From Bacteroidia bacterium (lineage in GTDB: Bacteria; Bacteroidota; Bacteroidia; UBA8524): a stretch of DNA of 64,000 nt. Where the stretch lies: the NCBI GenBank assembly GCA_037968475.1, contig JBBKVO010000017.1, positions 78,598-142,597 of the forward strand, in the 5' to 3' direction. Positions 18,507-29,491 of the stretch are shown piece by piece; within the stretch, counting starts at the first letter, position 1, and each line of letters starts with the position of its first letter. A model generated the notes under the pieces. That model did not search any database, was not told the origin of the DNA, and saw only the letters and a list, made by a program, of their open reading frames with translations. Both the position numbers and the translations under genes were made by a program.

Positions 18507-19738
18507 AGTCTTTGAGCTCAACAACGTGTTGTTGCATCCTTTGTTTCATCCAATATCCCACATCATAGGATATGGAAATCAGTCAGAGCCAAGCCTTTAA
18601 ATCGGCTAAATCAATTTCGTAAGCCTTCATTTCTAATATTGCATTAGTCCTAAAAAATCAGAAACACTAACATCCCTCCTTTGGTAATAAAGTTGTTGTG
18701 CCTGTCGTTGGCTATACATCTACAATACCAATAGCAACATCTTAACCCCTTTATTTAACTGGTAGAGTTCAAATAAGCATTGCTTCAAATAAGAATTGCC
18801 CTTACCTCACCACTTTTTTGCAACTGCATATGCTCACACATCTACTGTAGATATAAAAAATACTGTATTGCTATCTATAAATCCCCTGTTTTTGTTCTGT
18901 TGCAACACTGCGTTGCTCTTTATTCAACCCTTTGTTTTTATAGTGTTTTAAGATAGTTTATATATACAGCATTCTTTTTCTCCTTAGCTCTGACATCGGT
19001 CTGATACGGTTTTTACTTTACAGTTTTTGAGATGTTTTTATCAAACTGACGTGGACTTTTTGCAAAGAAAGCATAGGGTATTATATTATAAGTATTTGAT
19101 TTATTCGTCTCAGTTAAATTCTTAATCGATATAACACAGCTTTATTTTTCACACAAGTATCCTTTTCCAACAACTCGTTGCTGCCTTTCGAATGACCTGT
19201 TGTCTTCTCTTCTGAGAATTGTCACGTCCTTTAAATACCGCTGAAGCTGCGAAATATATTGATGTGGCTAATGGGACGAGGTATAAATTCACACAAAGTA
19301 GAGCTATTCCATATTTAAAAGGGGGTAAGCGTTCATGTGTTCTTTTTTATTGCTGACCTTTAACAATTGGATACGCGCCTGTAAGCAAATGACAGTTAAG
19401 GAGATTGAAGATGAAGCATCATATCATTGAAACGAGGGAGTTATAAGATATACCTTCAATTTAAACGAACTAAAATTTTTAAGGAAAAATGTTAGAAACA
19501 ATAATTTTACAAGCTGATTTTTTTATCGGATATTTAATTAATGGAGATTAAAATTATATGACAAGATATTCAAGAGCATGAATGATATTTTGTAATTCAA
19601 AACTTCGACAGTTATATCCTTTGGATGACAACGCGCTCCTTCTAATTCGTCCATAATCATAACGCACTTTAAGTGGTTATTTTCAAATCTTATCATTGGC
19701 ATATTAGCACATTCACTAATCAGCACATTGAAGAAGAA

Positions 19739-20083
19739 TTACCCTGCTTTTTTGGTTTGGCTATATCCGTTATCCAGCAACCATTTTAGTACTTTGTCTC
19801 TGTGGTCGCCTTGCACTAATATTTCACTGTCTTTGGCACTACCTCCGCTACCGCAAAGATTTTTCAGTTTTTTGCCTAGTGTAGCAAGGTCGTCTTCGTT
19901 ACCAATAAAACCCGTTACAAGGGTAACGGCTTTGCCTGCACGGTTTTTCTTATCCAGCATCACCCTAAGTTTTTGCTGTTGTGGGGGCAAAGTGTTTTCC
20001 TGTTCGGGGCTATCGTCTTCGTAATTAAAATCGTTACTAGTACTATATACAATCCCCGATTTGTTTTTGTTCTTATTACTCAT
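19739..20083 (-). CDS. Translation initiation factor SUI1/YciH family.
   Basis: VTLVTGF...DL..LGKKLK..CGSGGS....EI.VQGDHRD.V...L...GY matches SUI1. The start was chosen at the internal MSNKNKNK. Confidence 0.75.
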   Translation of the reverse strand: MSNKNKNKSGIVYSTSNDFNYEDDSPEQENTLPPQQQKLRVMLDKKNRAGKAVTLVTGFIGNEDDLATLGKKLKNLCGSGGSAKDSEILVQGDHRDKVLKWLLDNGYSQTKKAG

Positions 20084-20173
20084 AAAAATATTTTTCTGCT
20101 CTTTGTTGTGCTGTCTCAATAAACATCAATATTGACGATGAGATGCTGAAATAAGTTCAGCATGACTGCACAA

Positions 20174-21049
20174 TTACACCAACAAATTAAGCGAAGCAGG
20201 GTCTATTTTAAAACTAATTTCTGTACCCATTTCGGCAGGTTCGCCATCAAAATGCACAGCGCCTTTGCTATTGCGTTGTATCAGCACATTACTGGCTTTA
20301 AAAGAAAGTATACGTTTGTTTTTATCTATCGATTTTGAAAACATTTGCAAGGCAAGTTGTGGCACATCGTAAAACTTAAACGGTTTCATTACCACCACAT
20401 CCATCAACCCGTCGCGAGTGCTGGCATGAGGCGCTATGGTAGCATTATTGCCCCATTGCGAACCATTGGTAACCGAGATAAGAAAAGCATCTTCTTGGTA
20501 TACCACGCCATCAATGGTAAGTGTATAGTGTTCAGGCTTAAAACTGCTTAGTTCTTTCATTACTATTTTGGTATAGGTTTTAAACCCGCGCGATTGCGCT
20601 GTGGCAAACAAATAACCAATATGGGCATCAAAACCTATGCCTGCTACATTTACGTAGCGTTGGCTGTTTATTAACACCGTATCTACCTTTTTTATGGTAG
20701 GGCGGTTTAGCAATTGCAAGGCTTTTTCAGCATTCATGGGTATACCGTTGTGGCGTGCAAAACCATTGCCCGAACCCATAGGGATAATACCCATCAGTTT
20801 TTCAGTACCAGCCAGTTGGCTGGCTACTTGATTTATTGTCCCGTCTCCGCCTGCAGCCACTATAATATCAAAGTTTTTGCTAAGGGCTTTGCCTACCATT
20901 TGCTCTACACTATCGTTATCGCCCCACTCTTCAATATCGTAATCATATAAATCTAGGTTGATATTGGCGTTTACCAACGTATGAAAGTTGTCTTTATTTT
21001 TTCCACCCGATATGGGGTTGACTAAAAAATATATTTTTTGTTTTGCCAT
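20174..21049 (-). CDS. Lipid/diacylglycerol kinase catalytic-domain protein (YegS/BmrU family).
   Basis: IYFLVNPISGG...IVAAGGDGTINQV...GIIPMGSGNGFAR are DAGK_cat motifs. Confidence 0.8.
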   Translation of the reverse strand: MAKQKIYFLVNPISGGKNKDNFHTLVNANINLDLYDYDIEEWGDNDSVEQMVGKALSKNFDIIVAAGGDGTINQVASQLAGTEKLMGIIPMGSGNGFARHNGIPMNAEKALQLLNRPTIKKVDTVLINSQRYVNVAGIGFDAHIGYLFATAQSRGFKTYTKIVMKELSSFKPEHYTLTIDGVVYQEDAFLISVTNGSQWGNNATIAPHASTRDGLMDVVVMKPFKFYDVPQLALQMFSKSIDKNKRILSFKASNVLIQRNSKGAVHFDGEPAEMGTEISFKIDPASLNLLV

Positions 21050-22066
21050 TTATATAAGGTTTACCTCTGCAACAAGCTGAATACCGAAATGTTGCTTTAC
21101 TGATGCTATTACGTTTTGTGCGTGTGCATACACCTCACTACCAGTAGCACCGCCATAATTTACCAACACCAATGCCTGTTTTTTGTGGTTGCCTGTATGG
21201 CCTACTACTTTACCCTTCCAGCCCAGTTGCTCAATAAGCCAACCTGCGGGAACTTTAGTATGTGTAGGGCTAACGGTGTAACCTGGCATATCGGGGTGTT
21301 TTTCTTTCAGTGCGGTATAGTCAACAGTTAAAATTTCAGGATTCTTAAAAAAACTACCCGCATTACCCAATTCTTTGGGGTTAGGTAGTTTGCTTTGTCG
21401 TATGGCAATAACAGCATCACTTATTACCTTAACGTTAAGCATTTTAACGCCCATTTCGTCAAGGGTTTCTTGTATCGCTCCGTAGCTGGTATTAAAAACA
21501 GGTTTTTTGCTTAGTTGAATAGTGATAGAAAGTATAAATACCTTGTTTTTTAGCTCACGCTTAAAAATACTTTCTCGGTAGCCAAAATCACACTCGGCAT
21601 TGCTAAGGGTGCACACCGTTTGGGTGTCAAAATCAAAATAATCAACACTAAGCAAAACGTTTTTTACCTCTACCCCATACGCACCAATATTTTGCATGGG
21701 TGCTGCGCCCACTGTGCCGGGTATTAACGATAGGTTTTCAATCCCTCCAAAACCACGCTCTACACTATACATTACCAATTGGTGCCAATTTTCGCCCGAT
21801 GCAGCTTTTATCACCACGTTATCATCAGTTTCGCTCACAATTTCAATCCCCTTAAGTTCATTTAGCAGGGTAACGCCTTCCCAATTTTGGGTAAACAATA
21901 CATTGCTACCACCGCCCAATACCAAACGAGGTAATTGCGATAGGGTAGGGTGTGAAGTAAAACTTTGTAAATCAGCCAATGATTTTATGCTGATAAGGTA
22001 TCGGGTAGAGGCCTCTATACCAAAGGTATTAAAGGGTTTTAGGGCTGCGTTTTCCTGTATATCCAT
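21050..22066 (-). CDS. murB: UDP-N-acetylenolpyruvoylglucosamine reductase.
   Basis: FAD-binding LVLGGGSNVLF and C-terminal MurB motifs (PGTVGAAPMQNIGAYGVE, GSFFKNP). Confidence 0.85.
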   Translation of the reverse strand: MDIQENAALKPFNTFGIEASTRYLISIKSLADLQSFTSHPTLSQLPRLVLGGGSNVLFTQNWEGVTLLNELKGIEIVSETDDNVVIKAASGENWHQLVMYSVERGFGGIENLSLIPGTVGAAPMQNIGAYGVEVKNVLLSVDYFDFDTQTVCTLSNAECDFGYRESIFKRELKNKVFILSITIQLSKKPVFNTSYGAIQETLDEMGVKMLNVKVISDAVIAIRQSKLPNPKELGNAGSFFKNPEILTVDYTALKEKHPDMPGYTVSPTHTKVPAGWLIEQLGWKGKVVGHTGNHKKQALVLVNYGGATGSEVYAHAQNVIASVKQHFGIQLVAEVNLI

Positions 22067-22139
22067 TTAAGAAGTACGAAGGTAGTAAAATGTTATCGGC
22101 AATTGTTTTTTGATGTTTATATTGGCTGAAAATTAGAGG

Positions 22140-22658
22140 ATGGGATTTTTTGATGCTGTAATTGATGTGTTTAAAAAACTTGGTAATGCTCGTAAGGAAA
22201 AAATGGCTAGGGGAGCAAATAGGGATAAAATATTTGTGAATGACGATTTTTTTGGAAAGATGGAGTATAAAAAAGGTGATGAATATTTGGGCAATTCTTA
22301 CCGCGCAGATTATTATGAGCCACAATTTAAAAAACAAATTTCTGTTTTGATTGAGAGCGATACCCCTATAACCAATGAACAAAAAGAGCTTTATAAATTG
22401 ATAGTTAGCAGGTTTGAAGAGTTAGAGTCAAAAATGTTTGAAAACCTATCACACAAGATAGCTATTACCTTAGAAGAGTTTCATTCAAATTTTGAGTTTT
22501 TTCAAATAACCATTAATAAGCCATTGCTAAATAAACGTAGATGGTTTGCGAGTTATAGTCATATAAAAGAGTTTGATTATCATTATTTAGGTTTTTCATT
22601 TGAAGAGTTTGAGGTGGTTGAAGTAGTAATAATTAATAATAAAGGAGAAGAGATTTAG
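22140..22658 (+). CDS. Hypothetical protein (172 aa).
   Basis: ORF only. Confidence 0.4.
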   Translation: MGFFDAVIDVFKKLGNARKEKMARGANRDKIFVNDDFFGKMEYKKGDEYLGNSYRADYYEPQFKKQISVLIESDTPITNEQKELYKLIVSRFEELESKMFENLSHKIAITLEEFHSNFEFFQITINKPLLNKRRWFASYSHIKEFDYHYLGFSFEEFEVVEVVIINNKGEEI

Positions 22659-22661
22659 ATT

Positions 22662-23828
22662 TTGTCTATTAAACCATTTCTTTCGAACCTATGGAAAACC
22701 ATTTATAAAAACCCTCGCAACAGGGTAAAGGAAGAGCGTTTTTTAAAAAACAGGTTAGCTTTTGTTGATAGCATAAAGCAAACCACGCAAACCTTTGATA
22801 AAGAAGTACTGATTATCCGTACCGATGATATTGGCGATTATATACTGTTTAGAAACACGCTTGAGTCTATTCGTAAACACTATGCGGGGTATAAAATCAC
22901 ATTGATAGGTCATGCCCTTTGGCGACCCATAGCGGAGAGTTGGGATGGTAATTTTGTAGATGAATTTATTTGGATAGAAAAAGGCAGGTTTTTAAAAGAC
23001 GATGCTTATGCCCACCAATTTTTGCAGCAAATAGCCCACAAAAAGCCTGAGCTTATTTTAGCCCCCTCATACTCGCGTAGTACATTTATTGATGGGGTTA
23101 TAGCAGCCCTTATTCCTGCTCAAAGCAAATATTGCTGGCAACGCAACGATAGAGAGGTGCGCCAATGGTTGCGCAAATATTGCGATGCTCCGTTTACCAA
23201 AACCTTTCCTATTCCAAAAGATTTACACGAGTTTGACCTTAACAAACAGTTTGTAGAGTTGGTAACGGGTGAACAATTAGAAATTACCAAGCCTGAAATC
23301 AATCAGCAAAAGTTACAGCAAATAGAGGGCTTACCGCAAAACTATGTAGTGCTGTTTGCAGGGGCGGCAGCCAAGCGTAAGCGTTGGGCTACCCAAAACT
23401 TTGCCCAAATAGCTGATTATATATATACCAGCTACCAATTGCCCAGTGTGGTTTGTGGCGCAAAAGGCGATGCACCGTTGGCGCAAGCAATACTTCAATC
23501 AGCCAAAAACAAAGAAGCAATAATTGATTATACAGGCAAAACCGATTTGTTGCAATTGGCCACAGTGATAAACCAATGCCAATTAATAATTACCAACGAT
23601 ACCAGTGCCGCACACTACGCTGCTGCTTTAGATAAAAACACTATTACCCTACTAAACGGCAATAGCTACGGTCGTTTCTTTCCCTATCCAGTAAACCATC
23701 ACCCCAATATAAAAGCTATTTACCCGCCTACGGTTACACAACCCGTATACGATTGGGTAGGCATGGGCGATATTGATAAAATAAGTGTTGGTAGGGTGGA
23801 GAAAGTGGTGGATGGGGTTTTGAAATAG
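22662..23828 (+). CDS. Glycosyltransferase family 9 (heptosyltransferase-like).
   Basis: ILIIRTDDIGDYILF..., C-terminal GNDTSAAHYAAAL; GT9 architecture. Confidence 0.7.
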   Translation: MSIKPFLSNLWKTIYKNPRNRVKEERFLKNRLAFVDSIKQTTQTFDKEVLIIRTDDIGDYILFRNTLESIRKHYAGYKITLIGHALWRPIAESWDGNFVDEFIWIEKGRFLKDDAYAHQFLQQIAHKKPELILAPSYSRSTFIDGVIAALIPAQSKYCWQRNDREVRQWLRKYCDAPFTKTFPIPKDLHEFDLNKQFVELVTGEQLEITKPEINQQKLQQIEGLPQNYVVLFAGAAAKRKRWATQNFAQIADYIYTSYQLPSVVCGAKGDAPLAQAILQSAKNKEAIIDYTGKTDLLQLATVINQCQLIITNDTSAAHYAAALDKNTITLLNGNSYGRFFPYPVNHHPNIKAIYPPTVTQPVYDWVGMGDIDKISVGRVEKVVDGVLK

Positions 23829-24086
23829 TTTTTTGTTATCCCCCTAGCCCCTTCTTTAGCGTGCTTTTCAACCCATAAGTGGGACTTGAATCGGCAAAAC
23901 TTATTGCCTTTTTTTAAATTTAAAATATAGGTTCAGTTTTGGATTAAATACTATCTACCAAAAGAGAATACTCACAGTTATTGCTTTACACAAATGATGA
24001 TTGTGCAGCGGCTACCGAACTGATTATTATGGCTAAAACTACTACTATATAGCGCATTGCTGCGAAGATAGGAGATTTTACAAAGA

Positions 24087-24533
24087 CTATTTCGCCTTCC
24101 TTTGCTCGTATTCACCAATGAGTAGACTTAGCGTTGCTGCTTGCTCAGCAGTAATTATGCCTTCTTGTTGGTAAACAACTAAACCATCAGTAACAAAATC
24201 ATACTCATGTATATTGCTGATTTTGTTTTTAGCTAAAATTTTCTCCAGTTTATTTTCACTTTCATAAGGCAGGTTGTTCTCTTTTATAAGAGACCAAAAA
24301 TAGTTCACGTCTTCGCCCGCACCTTCATTATAGTAAGTAAATAGTGCTTCTTCAAGATATTTTAAACTGCGGATGCTTTTAAACTGTGGCTCCGCATTTT
24401 CAGCCATTTGCTTTAAGCCCTCTTCGTGCAAAATATCTTGTTCGGGGCGGTACTTTTTCTTTGTTTCTATTGATAAATCAACGGCTTTTACAAACTCTTT
24501 AACAGCATCGTTATAGTTTCTTCTTTTGCTCAT
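24087..24533 (-). CDS. Hypothetical protein (148 aa).
   Basis: ORF only. Confidence 0.4.
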   Translation of the reverse strand: MSKRRNYNDAVKEFVKAVDLSIETKKKYRPEQDILHEEGLKQMAENAEPQFKSIRSLKYLEEALFTYYNEGAGEDVNYFWSLIKENNLPYESENKLEKILAKNKISNIHEYDFVTDGLVVYQQEGIITAEQAATLSLLIGEYEQRKAK

Positions 24534-24542
24534 ATTATTTAT

Positions 24543-24797
24543 TTAATCGATACCCAAATCACTTGTAAAACTGTGGTAGAGTTCAATTTTATATACGGGG
24601 ATACCTGTTTTTTCAGAAGTGAGTTTTATGACATCTTGCTCTACTAATACTTTATCAATTTTTTCACTGGATTTTACAGTATAAATGTAATCTACAACTT
24701 GTTGTACTGTATACATTTTTTCAGCCTCAATATCGGGAATTTCAATATCAAAATGCTTTTCGAACTCATAAATTAGTTCTACAGAATCTAAACTCAT
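24543..24797 (-). CDS. Acyl-carrier-protein-like small protein (atypical).
   Basis: [37 protein letters not shown] resembles ACP helix II-III including the DSL phosphopantetheine site, but it starts at the DSL motif. An extra ~45-aa tail ends in ..SDLGID. Confidence 0.4.
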   Translation of the reverse strand: MSLDSVELIYEFEKHFDIEIPDIEAEKMYTVQQVVDYIYTVKSSEKIDKVLVEQDVIKLTSEKTGIPVYKIELYHSFTSDLGID

Positions 24798-24947
24798 TAT
24801 ATTTTACAAAACTACAAATTAATGCTAATAGTATAAAGTTACGAAATAGAGGATTAATGATACGAGTGCTGTGTCCCCCTTGTGTGAAGGAATATTGAGC
24901 TGTGCGAAAAATAAGTGTGCCAGCGAAGGGGTTAGGGGGATGAAAAA

Positions 24948-25214
24948 TCACTCCTCTGTTTTATCCTTTTCTTTAATTGGCGATATAAGTCCGCTTATAT
25001 AGGTCGAGCATCCGTATTTTTTTCGAGCCCACTCGGCAAAAGCAATGCCTGATATTATTCCCGCAATAACTAAAAACACAGAGATAGGAAGCAAGCTATT
25101 ATCGGATTGGTGAACTATAAAAGCAATAATACTAAAGCCCACAAAGGGGGATAAAAATATCCTTATCCAAAACAAGGTTTCTGATATCCACTCTATAAAT
25201 CGTAACATTAGCAT
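24948..25214 (-). CDS. Small two-TM membrane protein.
   Basis: ORF with two hydrophobic helices. Confidence 0.35.
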   Translation of the reverse strand: MLMLRFIEWISETLFWIRIFLSPFVGFSIIAFIVHQSDNSLLPISVFLVIAGIISGIAFAEWARKKYGCSTYISGLISPIKEKDKTEE

Positions 25215-25323
25215 AAATATAGTATGATTTTAGCTTAAACAAATGCTCGTTCATCTATATTAAGCAACATTTTTACTTATGCACCCGTTCAAGTATTAAC
25301 AAAATCACTAATTTTGACCTTTA

Positions 25324-27348
25324 ATGAGTTGGCTATACCCTTTGTTTTTTGCCGCACTGGCATCCATAGCAATACCTATCATAATACACCTTTTCAATTT
25401 CAGGCGTTTCAAGCGTATATATTTCACCAATGTAGCTTTGTTGCAAGAGGTGCAACAAGAAACCCGCTCGCAGCGAAACCTTAAACATATTTTGGTGCTA
25501 ATGGCGCGCATTTTTGCCATTACCTTTTTGGTGTTGGCCTTTGTGCAACCTTATATACCTGCTGCTACGGGAGGTAATCAACAAGGAGTAACTGCGGTAA
25601 GTGTTTATATTGATAACTCGTTTAGTATGAGTAGTGTAGGCAAAGAAGGCGAGTTGTTGCAAGCTGCCAAAAACAAAGCCCGCGATATAGCCTCGGCCTA
25701 TTCATCTACCGATTTATACCAATTGCTAACGGCCGATTTTGAAGGCAAACACCAACGTTTGGTAAACCGTGAAGATTTCTTACGCATGGTTGATGAAGTG
25801 CAGGTATCGCCTGTATCGCGCAAATTATCTGATATTATTTCTCGCCAAAAAGAAGCGCTTAATAAAGACCCTTACGCGCAGCGTATTGCCTATATACTTA
25901 GCGATTACCAACAAAATATGGTGGATGTAAGTGCTATAAATGCCGACACTACCATAGTAACCGAATTGGTGAAGTTGGAAGCCAACCCCAAAGCCAACTT
26001 AAGTATTGATTCGGTGTGGTTAATAACCCCTTATGTGCAGGCTAATAAGTCGGCGCAATTAATGGTACGGGTAAAAAACTTTGGCGATGAGCAAGAAAAC
26101 ATACCCCTTACCCTAAAAATAAACAACGTACAAAAGGGTTTGGCCAACTTTAGTATTGGCAAAAACGAAACAAAAAATTTAGAACTCACCTTCACCGCCT
26201 CAACCACAGGTTGGCAAAATGCTGAGGTAGCGGTGATGGACGCTCCCATTACTTTTGATGATAAATTGTTTTTTTCTTTCGAGGTGAAACAAGAAATAAA
26301 AATACTTTCCATTTATCCTGATGAACCCTCCAACTACATAGGTGCGGTGTATGGCAAAATTGACGAGTATTATAAGCTAAACCAAGTAAGCGATAAACAG
26401 CTAGACTATTCGGCCTTTCCACAATACAGCTTAATAGTTTTGGATGGAGTAAAAACCATTTCGAGCGGATTGAGCGAGGAGCTTAAAAAGTTTACCAATT
26501 CAGGTGGGTCATTAGTAGTATTTCCCCCCGCTGTTGATAAGCTAGATGCTTCGTTAAACAGTTTCTTAGCTTCACTTGGGACAGGGCAATGGCAAGGCTA
26601 TACCGAGCAGAACGAAAAGGTGGTATACTTAAATGCCGAACATCCTGTGTTTAGAAATACGTTTGAAAAACTAGCTGATAATATTGATAAGCCCATTGTT
26701 CAAAAATATTTCAACCTAGCTGCTACCAGTGGCGAGCCTATAATGCGCCTGCAAAACGGCCAACCTTTTCTTACCCATTATACAGCACAAAACGGGCATG
26801 TATACCTATTCAACTCAGCACTAAACGGCCAGTGGAATAACTTCGCCTCACACGCCTTGTTTGTCCCCATAATGTTTAATATGGCACTGAATAGTGTTGT
26901 CAATCCCGATTTATTTTATACCATTGGCGATGGCAAACTGGTAAAATTAAACCTTGCAGGACAAGGCAAAGACCAAGTGTATAAGCTAAAATTAGATAAA
27001 GCGGAGTTGATACCACAAATGGTGATAAAAGAAAATAAACTAAACCTTGCCGCAGGGCCAGAACTGAAAGAACCCGGAAATTATACCCTAATGACCAGCA
27101 ATAAAGATGCAGGGGTAAGGGTAGCCTTTAATTACGATAGAAGCGAATCGGCCAATAGTTATTTTAGCGAAGAACAACTTACTGAAATAATTACTTTGCC
27201 CAATATTAGGGTGTTGAAAAATACCCCCAAAGGCATAGCGCAAGCCATTGTTGAGGCCGATAAGGGTGTGCAATTGTGGCGATATTGCATAATGTTTGGC
27301 TTGTTTTTCCTTTTATGTGAAGTATTATTGCTAAGATTTTTAAAATAG
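25324..27348 (+). CDS. BatA-like protein with an N-terminal double-transmembrane domain (Bacteroidetes 'aerotolerance'-type family).
   Basis: MSWLYPLFFAALASIAIPIIIHLFNFRR is the hallmark N-terminal double-TM motif. It is followed by a ~600-aa region and a C-terminal TM. Confidence 0.65.
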   Translation: MSWLYPLFFAALASIAIPIIIHLFNFRRFKRIYFTNVALLQEVQQETRSQRNLKHILVLMARIFAITFLVLAFVQPYIPAATGGNQQGVTAVSVYIDNSFSMSSVGKEGELLQAAKNKARDIASAYSSTDLYQLLTADFEGKHQRLVNREDFLRMVDEVQVSPVSRKLSDIISRQKEALNKDPYAQRIAYILSDYQQNMVDVSAINADTTIVTELVKLEANPKANLSIDSVWLITPYVQANKSAQLMVRVKNFGDEQENIPLTLKINNVQKGLANFSIGKNETKNLELTFTASTTGWQNAEVAVMDAPITFDDKLFFSFEVKQEIKILSIYPDEPSNYIGAVYGKIDEYYKLNQVSDKQLDYSAFPQYSLIVLDGVKTISSGLSEELKKFTNSGGSLVVFPPAVDKLDASLNSFLASLGTGQWQGYTEQNEKVVYLNAEHPVFRNTFEKLADNIDKPIVQKYFNLAATSGEPIMRLQNGQPFLTHYTAQNGHVYLFNSALNGQWNNFASHALFVPIMFNMALNSVVNPDLFYTIGDGKLVKLNLAGQGKDQVYKLKLDKAELIPQMVIKENKLNLAAGPELKEPGNYTLMTSNKDAGVRVAFNYDRSESANSYFSEEQLTEIITLPNIRVLKNTPKGIAQAIVEADKGVQLWRYCIMFGLFFLLCEVLLLRFLK

Positions 27349-27353
27349 CAGAA

Positions 27354-28616
27354 ATGCACCTGCTGATACAAAACACAACCATAGCCGACCCAAACGGCCC
27401 TCACAACGGGCAAACCCTTGATATTTTAATCGAGAATGGGCAAATAAAAGCCATTGGCAAAAATTTAAGTAGTACCAATACCGAAACGGTAGACGGAACG
27501 GGCACCTATACCTCGACAGGGTTTATGGATATGCGCGTTCAATTTGCCGACCCTGGTTACGAGCAACGAGAAGATATACTTAGCGGTTGCCGTGCCGCGG
27601 CCGCAGGTGGTTTTACGGGCGTGGCAGTATTGCCCGCTACTTATCCGCCAATACACTCAAAATCAGAAGTAGAGTATATAATAAACAAAGCCAAAGGGCA
27701 GGTAACCAGTGTATACCCTATGGGTTGCATTAGTCAAAAAAGAGAAGGCGAAGACTTGGCCGAGTTGTATGATATGCACACCGCAGGAGCAATAGCCTTT
27801 ACTGATGGAGACGAAGCCATTGCCGATAGCGGACTAATGCACCGTGCTATGTTGTATGCCAAAGGCTTTAACGGCTTGTTGTGCGTACATGCACAAGATG
27901 CAGGCCTATCTGTAAGCGGGCAAATGAATGAAGGCGAAATGGCGGTTCATTTAGGCATGAAGGGTATACCCCACCTTGCCGAGCAGCTGGTAATTGCCCG
28001 TGATATAGAACTGGTAAGATATAACAATGCAAAAATTCACTTTTCGCACCTGTCTACTGCACAAGGGGTAGAGTTGGTTCGTCAAGCTAAAAAAGAAGGA
28101 TTACAAGTAACTGCCGATGTGGCTATTGCCAACTTAATTTGGGATGATAGCGCATTGGAAGAATACGACACCAACTATAAACTAACCCCTCCACTGCGTA
28201 CTAGTGCCGATAGGGAGGCTTTGATAAACGGATTGAAAGATGGTACTATTGATGCCATTTGCAGCGACCACAACCCACAAGATGCCGAAAGCAAAGTGGT
28301 AGAGTTTGAATACGCTGCCAACGGAATTACAGGCTTACAAACTTTTTTACCGCTAGCACTTCAACTAAAAGATAGTTTGGGAATAGATACCCTTATAAAT
28401 GCCATTAGCCACCAACCCCGCAAAGTGTTGGGTGTTGAGGCAGCAGGCATACAAGAAGGCAACACGGCAAACATTACCGTGTTTAACCCTACCGAAAAAT
28501 GGCCGTATAATAAAACTGCTAATTTTTCAAAATCGGTAAACTCACCCCTTTGGGGACAAACCCTTACGGGTAAAATAATTTTAACAGCAAACAATAATAA
28601 AACACTACGGTTTTGA
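27354..28616 (+). CDS. pyrC: Dihydroorotase-type amidohydrolase.
   Basis: Amidohydrolase metal-ligand motifs (F.D.RVQ, HLSTAQ, DHNP..). The length and order fit the DHOase multifunctional-complex type. Confidence 0.7.
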   Translation: MHLLIQNTTIADPNGPHNGQTLDILIENGQIKAIGKNLSSTNTETVDGTGTYTSTGFMDMRVQFADPGYEQREDILSGCRAAAAGGFTGVAVLPATYPPIHSKSEVEYIINKAKGQVTSVYPMGCISQKREGEDLAELYDMHTAGAIAFTDGDEAIADSGLMHRAMLYAKGFNGLLCVHAQDAGLSVSGQMNEGEMAVHLGMKGIPHLAEQLVIARDIELVRYNNAKIHFSHLSTAQGVELVRQAKKEGLQVTADVAIANLIWDDSALEEYDTNYKLTPPLRTSADREALINGLKDGTIDAICSDHNPQDAESKVVEFEYAANGITGLQTFLPLALQLKDSLGIDTLINAISHQPRKVLGVEAAGIQEGNTANITVFNPTEKWPYNKTANFSKSVNSPLWGQTLTGKIILTANNNKTLRF

Positions 28617-29356
28617 GTACAGAAGATATGCAACCCCAAATTTTTGCACCTGTAAAAGATGCCTTGCAGGCAATGATAACAGGTTTTTTAGACGGAAGTA
28701 ACGCCGATGGCAAAGCTGTGAGTAATACAGGGCATCAACCTTTGTTGGGCGAGTTGGTTACGGCATTTAGTCAAATGGATAATTTTGTAGTAAAGTTAGC
28801 CAGTGTTGATGCTGCCTTTGATGCTAATCCTACTTTTGAGCCGATAAGAGAGTTTTGTTTTGATTTATTGATGGTAAACTTTTTTGCTTCCGATTCTGTA
28901 CGTTTGGGAGCAGATTATCTTGAATCGGCTGAATGGGCAGAGATAGAAGACGGTATACTTGACCGTGGAACAGAACTTCTAAACCTGTTGCTATACATAA
29001 ACGAGTGTAAAGAAGCCGATGCCGAACTTTCTTTAGATGATTTTTTAAAGGAGTTTTTACTTACTGACGACGACCTATACCAAGATGAGCACGTGATATA
29101 CGAGCCCATAATAAAAAACCAAAACTTGGTGGATGGTGAAGTAAAAGACATTGTTGATAGCGCCGCACAGGTAGATGATGAAGACATACAAGAAATATAT
29201 GTGCCTTTGATGGTGTTTTTTAATGTTGCCGATGAGTATGAAGAACGCTACCAACAGCTATTAAAATACTCAGACAACAAGGCTACTGATGTAGCCATAC
29301 TTGCAGGTATACAAACCTTTGCCGAAAGTTTAGGCGAAGATATTGAAGGTGAATAG
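28613..29356 (+). CDS. Acidic hypothetical protein (247 aa).
   Basis: ORF overlapping the dihydroorotase stop by 4 nt (operonic). Confidence 0.5.
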   Translation: MSTEDMQPQIFAPVKDALQAMITGFLDGSNADGKAVSNTGHQPLLGELVTAFSQMDNFVVKLASVDAAFDANPTFEPIREFCFDLLMVNFFASDSVRLGADYLESAEWAEIEDGILDRGTELLNLLLYINECKEADAELSLDDFLKEFLLTDDDLYQDEHVIYEPIIKNQNLVDGEVKDIVDSAAQVDDEDIQEIYVPLMVFFNVADEYEERYQQLLKYSDNKATDVAILAGIQTFAESLGEDIEGE

Positions 29357-29491
29357 TTGCTTTCTTATTATTGCTAGATTGACTTCTTAGGCTGTTGAAG
29401 CAATCTTGCAGAAACAACACAAACAGATTGCTTCGGAAGACCTTGCAATGACGCGACGTTGGGCAGTCATCCTGAACTTGTTTCAGGATCT

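Noticed and set aside
19538-19726. 62-aa ORF downstream of the SUI1 gene.
   Set aside because: It has no recognisable motif and lies at the edge of the AT-rich non-coding stretch. It is likely spurious or a gene fragment.
24766-24951. 61-aa ORF overlapping the ACP-like gene start.
   Set aside because: It has nonsense composition and overlaps a better-supported ORF.
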